Source: Candidatus Limnocylindria bacterium (GTDB taxonomy: Bacteria; Chloroflexota; Limnocylindria; P2-11E). Taken from it: a stretch of 34,075 bases of DNA. Within the stretch, counting starts at the first letter, position 1. Each line of letters begins with the position of its first letter. Of the stretch, positions 20,389 through 28,277 are shown piece after piece. The notes below the pieces were generated by a model. It was given only the letters and a program-made list of their open reading frames with translations. It was not told where the DNA came from and made no database searches. The position numbers and the translations under genes are program-made. The stretch covers positions 1-34,075 of the forward strand of contig JBIOUD010000066.1 in the NCBI GenBank assembly GCA_044866725.1, given 5' to 3'.

Positions 20389-21461
20389 TAGTGCGAGGCC
20401 GCTCTCGGACGGCGCGCATCGGTCGTCTCGCCCTTCGGCTGGGCGAAGATCATCCGCCCGCCGACCGTCTGCAGGACGCGCATGACCGTGACCGTGACGT
20501 CGCTGTCGAGATAGCGGACACCGCCCTCGACGACGACCATCGTCCCGTCCTCGAGGTACGCGACGCCCTGACCGGGCTCGCGGCCCTCCTGACTGACGCG
20601 GACCGTCAGCTCGTCGGTCGGTAGCACGACGGGGCGCACGGCTTTCGCGAGGTCGTTCACGTTGAGCACGGTGATGCCCTGGAGCTCGGCCACACGATTG
20701 AGCCCGTAGTCGTTGGTCATGATCGGCACGCCCATCGTGCGGGCGAGTGACACGAGCTTGCCGTCGGCCCCAACCCCCGCGGGATCCGCCTCCAGCAGCT
20801 CGATGCCGACCGTCGATTCCTTCTGCATCTTCGCGAGGATCTCGAGACCGCGCCGTCCGCGTTCCCGCCGGCTGTTGTCCGATGAGTCCGCGAAGTGCTG
20901 GAGCTCCGCAAGGATGAAGCGCGGGACGACGAGCGTGCCCCGGATGAAGCCGGCCTTCACGACGTCGGCGACGCGGCCGTCGATGATCACCGACGTATCG
21001 AGGAGCGCGCGCTCCTCACCGAGCTTCTCGCGACGGCCCTGGCGGATCTCACTCGCCAGGGCGCCCAGATCCGCGCGTTTGATCGACCCTGCCGCCGCCC
21101 CCCCGATGCCGAGGACGAGGGCCGTGAGGAGCGGCGCGTACCTCCCTATGTCGCCGGGAAGGAACGAGAGCGGGAACGCGAGGAACAGCGCGAGCATGAG
21201 TCCGACGGCGGCGCCGAACGCGCCGCCGACGAGGTCGCCCGCCGATGTGCCGCGGATCCACCCGGCGACGATGCGCGCGGGTGCCACCGTGACGTACGGC
21301 GCGCCGAGCCAGCCGAGGATCGCGCACGCGGCAGCGAGAAGAAGGACGACAAGGACCTGATTGCTGACCGGCGTGACGTTGGTGACCTCGAGCAGCGAGG
21401 CGCCGAGATAGAACCCGAAGAACCAGCCGATGAGTGCTGCGACAAGACGAAGAACGAACAC
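20388..21461 (-). CDS. membrane-anchored PIN + TRAM domain protein (YacL-like)
   Basis: Four N-terminal TM helices, a PIN region (LLDTSVIIDGRVADV...ELQHFADSSD) and a C-terminal TRAM-like barrel (LTVRVSQEGREPGQGVAYLEDGTMVVVEGG). AAAGGAG lies 8 nt before GTG 21461. Same position as yacL in the Bacillus-type cluster. Confidence 0.85.
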   Translation of the reverse strand: MFVLRLVAALIGWFFGFYLGASLLEVTNVTPVSNQVLVVLLLAAACAILGWLGAPYVTVAPARIVAGWIRGTSAGDLVGGAFGAAVGLMLALFLAFPLSFLPGDIGRYAPLLTALVLGIGGAAAGSIKRADLGALASEIRQGRREKLGEERALLDTSVIIDGRVADVVKAGFIRGTLVVPRFILAELQHFADSSDNSRRERGRRGLEILAKMQKESTVGIELLEADPAGVGADGKLVSLARTMGVPIMTNDYGLNRVAELQGITVLNVNDLAKAVRPVVLPTDELTVRVSQEGREPGQGVAYLEDGTMVVVEGGVRYLDSDVTVTVMRVLQTVGGRMIFAQPKGETTDARRPRAASH

Positions 21462-21594
21462 GCTGACGACTCCTTTCTTTCCGACGTTCGGACGCCAGAC
21501 AGGAGCGCCGCCCGGCCGAAGAAGATGTGGCCGCCGACGTCGCTGCGCTGCCAGAGAGATGGATAGAACATGGGCGGAAGTCTAGTTGCGGCTG

Positions 21595-23022
21595 CTAGCC
21601 CTCTGAGATGCCAGACCGTTGCAATGCCTCGCGTAGGGACGCGGCGCCCACGACCTCGATCGGCGTCCCGTTGAGATCGGGGAGGCTCGCCTGCGGGACG
21701 ACCGCGCGAGTGAAGCCGAGGCGCTGCGACTCCTTCAATCGTGCCGCGATCCGCTGGACTCGCCTCAGCTCACCGCCGAGACCAAGCTCGCCGATGAACA
21801 CTGTGCGGGGGTCCGCTGGTCTGTCTCGCAGCGCGGACGCGAGCGCGACCGCGACGGCGAGGTCCGTCGCGGGCTCGCGCACACGAAGACCGCCGACGAG
21901 GTTCACGTAGACGTCGTGCTGACCGAGGCCGATGCCCGCGCGCTTCGCGAGCACCGCGAGGAGGACCGCGAGGCGCTGCGGGTCCGTGCCGCTCACCGTG
22001 CGACGTGGAAGTCCGAACGACGTCGGTGTCACGAGTGCTTGGATCTCGACAAGGAGCGGACGCGTGCCTTCGACCGTCGGCACGACCACGCTCCCAGCGA
22101 TCCCCTTGTTGCGCTCCTCGAGGAACACCTCGCTCGGGTTCGCGACCTCGCGCAGACCGTTCTCTCCCATCTCGAACACGCCGACCTCGTCGGTCGAGCC
22201 GAAGCGGTTCTTCGTCGCTCGGAGGATGCGGAACGCGTGGAAGCGCTCGCCTTCGAGATAGAGGACCGCGTCGACGATGTGCTCGAGCACGCGCGGGCCC
22301 GCCACCGCGCCCTCCTTCGTGACGTGGCCGACGAGGAAGATCGGTACATCGTCGCCCTTCGCGACCTCGAGGAGGCGCGCGGCGCATTCCCGGAGCTGCG
22401 ACACGCCGCCCGCCGCGGAGGCGACCACGTCCGACGACATCGTCTGGATCGAGTCGATGACCGTGAAGATGGGATGGATCCGGCGAATCGCCTCCATGAT
22501 CGTCCCGAGGTCCGTCTCCGCGAGCACGAGGATCGTCCGGCTCTCGATGCCGAAGCGCCGCGCGCGCAGCTTGATCTGCGCGGCCGACTCCTCACCCGAT
22601 ACGTAGAGGACGGTGCCGCGCGTCGCGAGGGACGCCGAGGCCTGCATCAGGAGCGACGACTTCCCGATCCCTGGGTCGCCCCCCAAGAGGACAAGCGAGC
22701 CGCGCACCACCCCGCCGCCGAGGACGCGGTCGAACTCTCCAATGCCTGTCGAGATGCGCTCCTCGGCGTCGGCCGGCACCGCGTCGAGCGGGATGGCCTC
22801 GCGCGGCGCGCGGACCGGGCCCCGGCCTTTCGGTGCCGCGACGACGCGCTCCTCGACAAGGGTGTTCCATCCGCTACACGACGGGCAGCGCCCGATCCAC
22901 TTCGGAAACTGGTTGCCGCAGGACTGGCAGACGAAGGCCGTCTTCGGTTTGGGGGCCACACGTGAAGTATCGGCCTGCTGTTCACGTCGTATCAGAGCAG
23001 TAGCGCCACCCGGATGACGCAT
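21595..23022 (-). CDS. radA: DNA repair protein RadA/Sms
   Basis: Zinc finger FVCQSCGNQFPKWIGRCPSCSGWNT, Walker A GGDPGIGKSSLL, the KNRFG motif and a Lon-like C-terminal domain. The likely real start is GTG 22959 (VAPKPKTAFVCQSCG). Confidence 0.9.
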   Translation of the reverse strand: MRHPGGATALIRREQQADTSRVAPKPKTAFVCQSCGNQFPKWIGRCPSCSGWNTLVEERVVAAPKGRGPVRAPREAIPLDAVPADAEERISTGIGEFDRVLGGGVVRGSLVLLGGDPGIGKSSLLMQASASLATRGTVLYVSGEESAAQIKLRARRFGIESRTILVLAETDLGTIMEAIRRIHPIFTVIDSIQTMSSDVVASAAGGVSQLRECAARLLEVAKGDDVPIFLVGHVTKEGAVAGPRVLEHIVDAVLYLEGERFHAFRILRATKNRFGSTDEVGVFEMGENGLREVANPSEVFLEERNKGIAGSVVVPTVEGTRPLLVEIQALVTPTSFGLPRRTVSGTDPQRLAVLLAVLAKRAGIGLGQHDVYVNLVGGLRVREPATDLAVAVALASALRDRPADPRTVFIGELGLGGELRRVQRIAARLKESQRLGFTRAVVPQASLPDLNGTPIEVVGAASLREALQRSGISEG

Positions 23023-23050
23023 GAACCGCAGCCTGAAGCGCTGGTAGTAC

Positions 23051-23062
23051 GGCGGTACCGCC
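23051..23062. promoter_or_regulatory. perfect 12-bp palindrome GGCGGTACCGCC in the radA / giant-protein divergent region
   Basis: Flanked by the only AT-rich patch of this intergenic region (TTTTATAGT). That patch reads as a -10-like TATAGT on the plus strand (23066-23071) and TATAAA on the minus strand. Confidence 0.25.
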
Positions 23063-23092
23063 TTTTATAGTCGGCGCGACACTGAGGCGGGT

Positions 23093-26000
23093 TTGAGGGG
23101 ACGAGCGGAAGTGGTGGGGACGGTCTTCTCTCGCAAGTTTGGCGTCGGCCTTCTTACGGCCGCGCTCGTTCTTGCCCAATCCGCATCCTTCCTGCCGTTC
23201 CTCGACCACCTGGTGCCGGCGGGCGCGAGTGCCGCGAATTTCGCCGGCCGTATCTACGTCGGCAACGAGACCGATGGCACCGTGTCGGTCGTCGAGCTCA
23301 TCGATGGCGTGTACGTGACCGTCGCGACCGTCGACGTCGGTGGCACACCGTACGGCGTGACCGTCCGGCCGGGCGGCACGCAGGTGTGGGTCGCGGACTA
23401 CGCCGGCGGGAAGGTGGACGCGATCGACGTCGCGACGAACACGATAGTCACGACCGCGACCGTCGTCGGCAACCCACACAGCGTCGCGTTCAACTCCTCA
23501 GGCACGCTCATGTACGTCACCGTGCCCCAGTCGACCAACCCCCTTGCGGATGACACCGTTTGGGTGTTCGACGCGACCGTCAGCCCGCCGTATCCGATGG
23601 CGACGATCCCGGTCGGCGCGGACCCGGCGGGTATCACGACGCGGCCGGACGGCAAACGCCTGTACGTCGCGGACTACGGCTCGAACACGGGCGACACGGT
23701 GACGGTCATCGACATCGACCCGGGCAGCGGGACGCAGAACACCGTCGTCGCGACCGTCACCGTCGGGACCGGCCCGTTCAGTGTCGCGTTCCAGCCGGAC
23801 AGCTCGCGCGCGTACGTCGCCAACCGCGGGAGCGACGACGTCACGGTCATCGACACGGCCACGAACGCCGTCGTCACGACGATCGCCGCCGGCGGTGGCT
23901 CGATCTTCGTCGCCGTGAACAGGGCAGGCACGCGGGCGTTCGTGACGAACATCGACGATGACAGCGTGTCCGTCATCGACACGACAACGAACACGGTCGC
24001 CACGACGTGGGACAACGTTGGGCTCTCGCCGCGCGGCATCGCCCTCAATCTCGACGATTCGATCGCCTACATCGCTTCATCGAGCAACGACGAGGTCGCC
24101 GTCATCGAAACGACCGGGACGTACCTCAACACGATCGGCGTCGGCACGCAGCCCTTCTACGTCGCGGTCATCCCGGACGTCACGCAAATCAGTGGCATCG
24201 CCGAGTGTCCGAACGAGATCGAGGGCACGACGCTGCTGCCTGGTGCCACCGTCGAGCTCTTTAGCGGCAGCGCGCTCCTGGCGACGACGATCGCGGATCT
24301 CCGCACCGCGGAGTACGGCTTCATCGGCGTGGCGCCGAACGCGACGTACACGCTGCGGTACACCAAGACGTTCTTCGTCGAGCCGAGGGCGATCACGGTC
24401 ACATGCTCGACGACCGTCACGACGGACGGCAGCGGCAACGGCACGGGCGGCGTCGGCACCGGCGTCAACAACCGTCATAACCACACCTGGGTGACGGCGT
24501 TCCAGATCGCGTCGGGCTCACCGATCACGGACTTCGTGTTCGAAGAGGGCCAGTCGACGTGGTTCAAGATCCCGATCACCCGCGGCCAGCGCGTGACCGT
24601 GAAGCTCACGAACGTGCCCGCCGACCTCTCACTCGCGCTCTACAAAGACATCAAGCAGATCTTCGACGCAGAGATCGCGGCGCTCGCGGGCACTGACCCA
24701 CTGCAGACGGTCAGAGACCACGACGCATCGGTCGCGCCGGACGCGCTGTCGCCCGACGCGCTCTCGCCGGACGAGCTCTCTCCGGACGAGCTCTCGCCCG
24801 ACGCGCTGTCGCCCGACGCGCTCTCGCCGGACGAGCTGTCGCCAGATGAGCTCTCCCCCGACGAGCTGTCACCGGATGAGCTCTCGCCTGACGCGCTCTC
24901 GCCTGACGCGCTCTCGCCCGACGAGCTGTCGGCGGCGTATTCGGGCGCGCAGACCGCGGCGCTCATCGGCGTGTCGGCACATGTCGGGCTCTCGCCCGAG
25001 CAGATCTCCCGCAACACCTGGGACAACACCGGCTACTTCTACATGCGCGTGCGCGGCCACAACGGCGCCTACAACGCGACCGCGCCGTTCACGATCGAGG
25101 CCACCGCGATCGACAACCAGTGCGGACCGGTCTCGCTGGTCGACTACCCGCAGTCGCCGACGGTCACCGGCACGGGCGCGCTCACGCTCGTCCTCACGAA
25201 CAGCGCGCGGTTCCCTGGTGGTGTCGGCGCGGACGTGCTCGCGAAGGCGAACGAGCCGACGTTCCGGGATCGCCTCGATGTGAAGGCGATCGTCGTCGAC
25301 CTCGCGACACCGCTCGCCGCCGCGTACACGCAATGGGACACCCATAAGGCGTGCCCATCAGCCGCGAACATCGTCGCGCACAGCATCAAGGACATCATCC
25401 GTGCGTACGCGACCGCCAACCCCTCGCTGCGCTACGTCACCTTGCTCGGCAACGACAGCGTCGTCCCGTTCTTCCGTCAGCCGGATCAGTCCGGGCTCGG
25501 CAGCGAGAAGGACTACTTCCCGTCGGTGCTGGACACGACGGCGAGCCAGGCGAGCCTGCGCCTCGGCTACGTGCTCACGCAGGACTTCTACGGCAGCCTG
25601 CGGCCAATATCGCGCTTTGATCACGAGCTGTACCTGCCGGACCTCGCCGTCGGTCGCGTGGGCGAGACGAGCAGTCAGATCGCCGCGATGATCGACGCGT
25701 TCAAAGCGACCAACGGCACGGTCGCGCCGACTCGCGCGCTCGTTGCCGGATACGACTTCCTCTCCGACGCCGCCGGCTTCATCGCCGACCAGCTGCAGGC
25801 GAACGCGCTCACGGTCGATCGCGCCCTCATCCAGCCCGTCGGTGATGGCCCGACGGCGCCGACCGCCTGGACCGGCGACCAGCTCAAAGCGAAGCTGTTC
25901 GGGACGACCACCTTCGGGATCCTGAGCCTGAACGCGCACTTCTCCGCGAACACGCTCCTCGCCGCCGACTACGCCACCCGCGTGCGCACCTCTGACATCG

Positions 26001-28249
26001 CTGCGCTCCCGGCGAGCGACGCGCGGTTCCGGAACGCGCTCATCCTCTCCACCGGCTGCCACTCCGGCTACGGGATCGTCGACGGCGATCAGACCGCGCT
26101 CACCGACCCGATGGACTGGTGGCAGGTCCTCGCCGCCCGCGGTGCGACCCTCGTCGGCGGCACCGGCTACCAGTACGGCGACACCGACTTCATGAAGTAC
26201 AGCGAGCAGCTGCTCGCCAACACGACGCTCGAGCTGCGCTACGGAACCGGTGGTGTGCCGATCGGGGTCGCCCTCGCGAACGCGAAGCGCACTTACGTGT
26301 CAAAGCTCCCGACGCTCGGCGGCATCGACGAGAAGGCCGTCGCCGAGGCGACGCTCTACGGACTGCCGATGCTGAAGTACGACCTGCCCGCGGGCTCCCG
26401 TCTCGTGCGGCCGACGCCGACGGCTATCGGCGCCCTCTTGCCCGGCACGAGCGCCGGCCTCTCGTTCGCCGACCTGCCGCTGACGAACGCGCTCACGCAG
26501 AACCTGCGCACGCTGCAGGTCGTGGGCGGCGGCACGCAAACGGCGATCTACTACGACCTCCTCGGGATGATCGCGGTGCAGCCCGGCCAGCCCGTGCTGC
26601 CGCTGCGCACGCTCGACGCGGCGAAGACGGGCCAGGTCGTGCGCGGCGCCGTTCTCCTTGACGCGACGTACGCCGATCAGGTCAACGTGGTGCCGTTCAC
26701 GGACGTGGCGACAGCGGACGTTCGCGGCGTGCACCCGCGGTACCAGACCGACGTGTTCACACCGGTGCGACCGTTCGACCTCAACCACTTCAGCGGCGAG
26801 ACGTTCGTGAGCACGCCATTCCAGTTCCGCTCGGACCCCGGTGAGACGAACGGCACCGCGCGGCGCTTCCTCACGCAGGACTTCCGCCTCTACTACTCAT
26901 CGCTCGCAGACGCACGGGCGCTCGCGGCGGCGCCGACCGTGTACCACGTCGACCTCGTCCCCGACGGTGCTGGGAACGTCGACGTCACGGTGATCGTCGG
27001 AGGACTGCTCTCGGTGGGCATCGAGGAGGTATTCGCGACGTTCACCGGTGAGAGCGGGCCGCTGCACGGCTCATGGACTTCGACCGCTCCGCTCGCAGGC
27101 CTGTCGGACGTGTCGCGGGACGACGCGTTCGCCCGCACCTACACGGGCTCGATCCCGCTCGGCGGGTCGGACCCGGATGACTTGCGCGTTGTGATCCAGG
27201 CGGTCGGTGGCAACGGCCTCGTCACCTGGGCGAGCAACGACGGCGCGTACTACCGCGTCGTGGACGAGACGGCGACGGTCGCCGCGCCGAAGGTCGCCAC
27301 CGCACTCAGCCTGACAGTGCCCGCGACAGGCGTGTACCGCACGAGCATTCCGGTGAGCGCGGTGCTGACCGCCGCCGGCGAGCCGCTCGCGAACAAGCCC
27401 GTCGCGTTCCGCTCCGGCGGCATCCGCGTGAACGCGGTGACGAACGGAAGCGGCGTCGCGTCGACGAACCTCTTCCTTACGTCCGCGCCGGGCCCAGCGC
27501 TCGTCACGGTCGGCTTCGCCGAGGAGCAGGAGTACCTGGCCTCGGGGGCGGAGGCGCCGATCACCGTCATGAAGGCGCCGACCACGCTCGTCGCGTTCGA
27601 CACCGTGCCCTTCCCGACGGGCGGCAGCGTGCTCCTGGCCACACTTCGTGCGTCGTTGACCGGTGAGACGCTGCCACTGCAGCCCGTGACGCTAAGCGGT
27701 GGCGGGCGCACAGTGCAGACGTACACCGACGGCTTCGGTCGCGTGCGTCTCGACAGCACCGACGGCTTCCCGACCGGCGCGTACTCAGTGACGATCGCCT
27801 ACGCCGGCAACGACCGCTACCTCGCCGCGGCGACCGCAACGGTGCTCATCGTCCAGTTCGACACGACGACCTCAGTGACCGCGGGTGGCTGGTTCACCAC
27901 ATCGAACAGCCTGAATCTCGCGGACGGGAACAAGGCGAACTTCGGCGCGAGCCTGAAGTACAAGCAGGGAACGATCGTTCCGGTCGGCAACCTGGAGCTG
28001 CAGCTGAACGAAGCGAACCTCACGCTGAAGGCGACCTCGTTCGACTGGCTCGCGATCGGCTCGGGCCGAGCGGACGCCACCGGGCGCGCGACTATCAACG
28101 GTCAGGCCGGCTGGAGCTTCCACGCGACGCTCTTCGATGGCCCCGACCGGTTCGCGATCGTCGTCTGGAACGACACGACCGGCTCCGAGGCGTCACCGGC
28201 CTACAAGACGGGCGGCGCGCTCGGCGGCGGATCGATCTCGATCCACTAG
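23093..28249 (+). CDS. 1718-aa secreted multidomain protein: YVTN beta-propeller, split PPC domain, peptidase C25-like (clan CD) domain, Ig-like repeats
   Basis: Signal peptide (FGVGLLTAALVLAQSASF). About 7 YVTN-type blades (aa about 50-365; recurring VxVID..TN.V..T..VG..P.GVA). PPC-like GQSTWFKIPITRGQRVTVKLTNVPADLSLALY...GYFYMRVRGHNG. RYVTLLGNDSVVPFF plus candidate dyad LSLNAHFS (His949) and LSTGCHSG (Cys989). C-terminal Ig-like segments. The start could be GTG 23111/23114. Confidence 0.9.
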   Translation: MRGRAEVVGTVFSRKFGVGLLTAALVLAQSASFLPFLDHLVPAGASAANFAGRIYVGNETDGTVSVVELIDGVYVTVATVDVGGTPYGVTVRPGGTQVWVADYAGGKVDAIDVATNTIVTTATVVGNPHSVAFNSSGTLMYVTVPQSTNPLADDTVWVFDATVSPPYPMATIPVGADPAGITTRPDGKRLYVADYGSNTGDTVTVIDIDPGSGTQNTVVATVTVGTGPFSVAFQPDSSRAYVANRGSDDVTVIDTATNAVVTTIAAGGGSIFVAVNRAGTRAFVTNIDDDSVSVIDTTTNTVATTWDNVGLSPRGIALNLDDSIAYIASSSNDEVAVIETTGTYLNTIGVGTQPFYVAVIPDVTQISGIAECPNEIEGTTLLPGATVELFSGSALLATTIADLRTAEYGFIGVAPNATYTLRYTKTFFVEPRAITVTCSTTVTTDGSGNGTGGVGTGVNNRHNHTWVTAFQIASGSPITDFVFEEGQSTWFKIPITRGQRVTVKLTNVPADLSLALYKDIKQIFDAEIAALAGTDPLQTVRDHDASVAPDALSPDALSPDELSPDELSPDALSPDALSPDELSPDELSPDELSPDELSPDALSPDALSPDELSAAYSGAQTAALIGVSAHVGLSPEQISRNTWDNTGYFYMRVRGHNGAYNATAPFTIEATAIDNQCGPVSLVDYPQSPTVTGTGALTLVLTNSARFPGGVGADVLAKANEPTFRDRLDVKAIVVDLATPLAAAYTQWDTHKACPSAANIVAHSIKDIIRAYATANPSLRYVTLLGNDSVVPFFRQPDQSGLGSEKDYFPSVLDTTASQASLRLGYVLTQDFYGSLRPISRFDHELYLPDLAVGRVGETSSQIAAMIDAFKATNGTVAPTRALVAGYDFLSDAAGFIADQLQANALTVDRALIQPVGDGPTAPTAWTGDQLKAKLFGTTTFGILSLNAHFSANTLLAADYATRVRTSDIAALPASDARFRNALILSTGCHSGYGIVDGDQTALTDPMDWWQVLAARGATLVGGTGYQYGDTDFMKYSEQLLANTTLELRYGTGGVPIGVALANAKRTYVSKLPTLGGIDEKAVAEATLYGLPMLKYDLPAGSRLVRPTPTAIGALLPGTSAGLSFADLPLTNALTQNLRTLQVVGGGTQTAIYYDLLGMIAVQPGQPVLPLRTLDAAKTGQVVRGAVLLDATYADQVNVVPFTDVATADVRGVHPRYQTDVFTPVRPFDLNHFSGETFVSTPFQFRSDPGETNGTARRFLTQDFRLYYSSLADARALAAAPTVYHVDLVPDGAGNVDVTVIVGGLLSVGIEEVFATFTGESGPLHGSWTSTAPLAGLSDVSRDDAFARTYTGSIPLGGSDPDDLRVVIQAVGGNGLVTWASNDGAYYRVVDETATVAAPKVATALSLTVPATGVYRTSIPVSAVLTAAGEPLANKPVAFRSGGIRVNAVTNGSGVASTNLFLTSAPGPALVTVGFAEEQEYLASGAEAPITVMKAPTTLVAFDTVPFPTGGSVLLATLRASLTGETLPLQPVTLSGGGRTVQTYTDGFGRVRLDSTDGFPTGAYSVTIAYAGNDRYLAAATATVLIVQFDTTTSVTAGGWFTTSNSLNLADGNKANFGASLKYKQGTIVPVGNLELQLNEANLTLKATSFDWLAIGSGRADATGRATINGQAGWSFHATLFDGPDRFAIVVWNDTTGSEASPAYKTGGALGGGSISIH
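24737..24931 (+). repeat. 13 tandem 15-bp in-frame repeats encoding PD[A/E]LS
   Basis: CCN GAY GMG CTB TCN x13, read directly. Peptide order is A A E E A A E E E E A A E. Synonymous positions differ between units. Confidence 0.95.
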
Positions 28250-28277
28250 CTCGCTCTCGTCCTGCCCGCTTCGCTGG

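Noticed and set aside
24737-24931. Possible CRISPR array or minisatellite
   Set aside because: The units are 15 bp, contiguous without spacers, in frame and translated as a conserved pentapeptide. There are no cas genes. It is a coding tandem repeat.
24640-25029. Minus-strand ORF with SSGES/ASGES repeats
   Set aside because: Mirror image of the PD[A/E]LS repeat in the 1718-aa gene. The plus frame is embedded in a long coherent protein.
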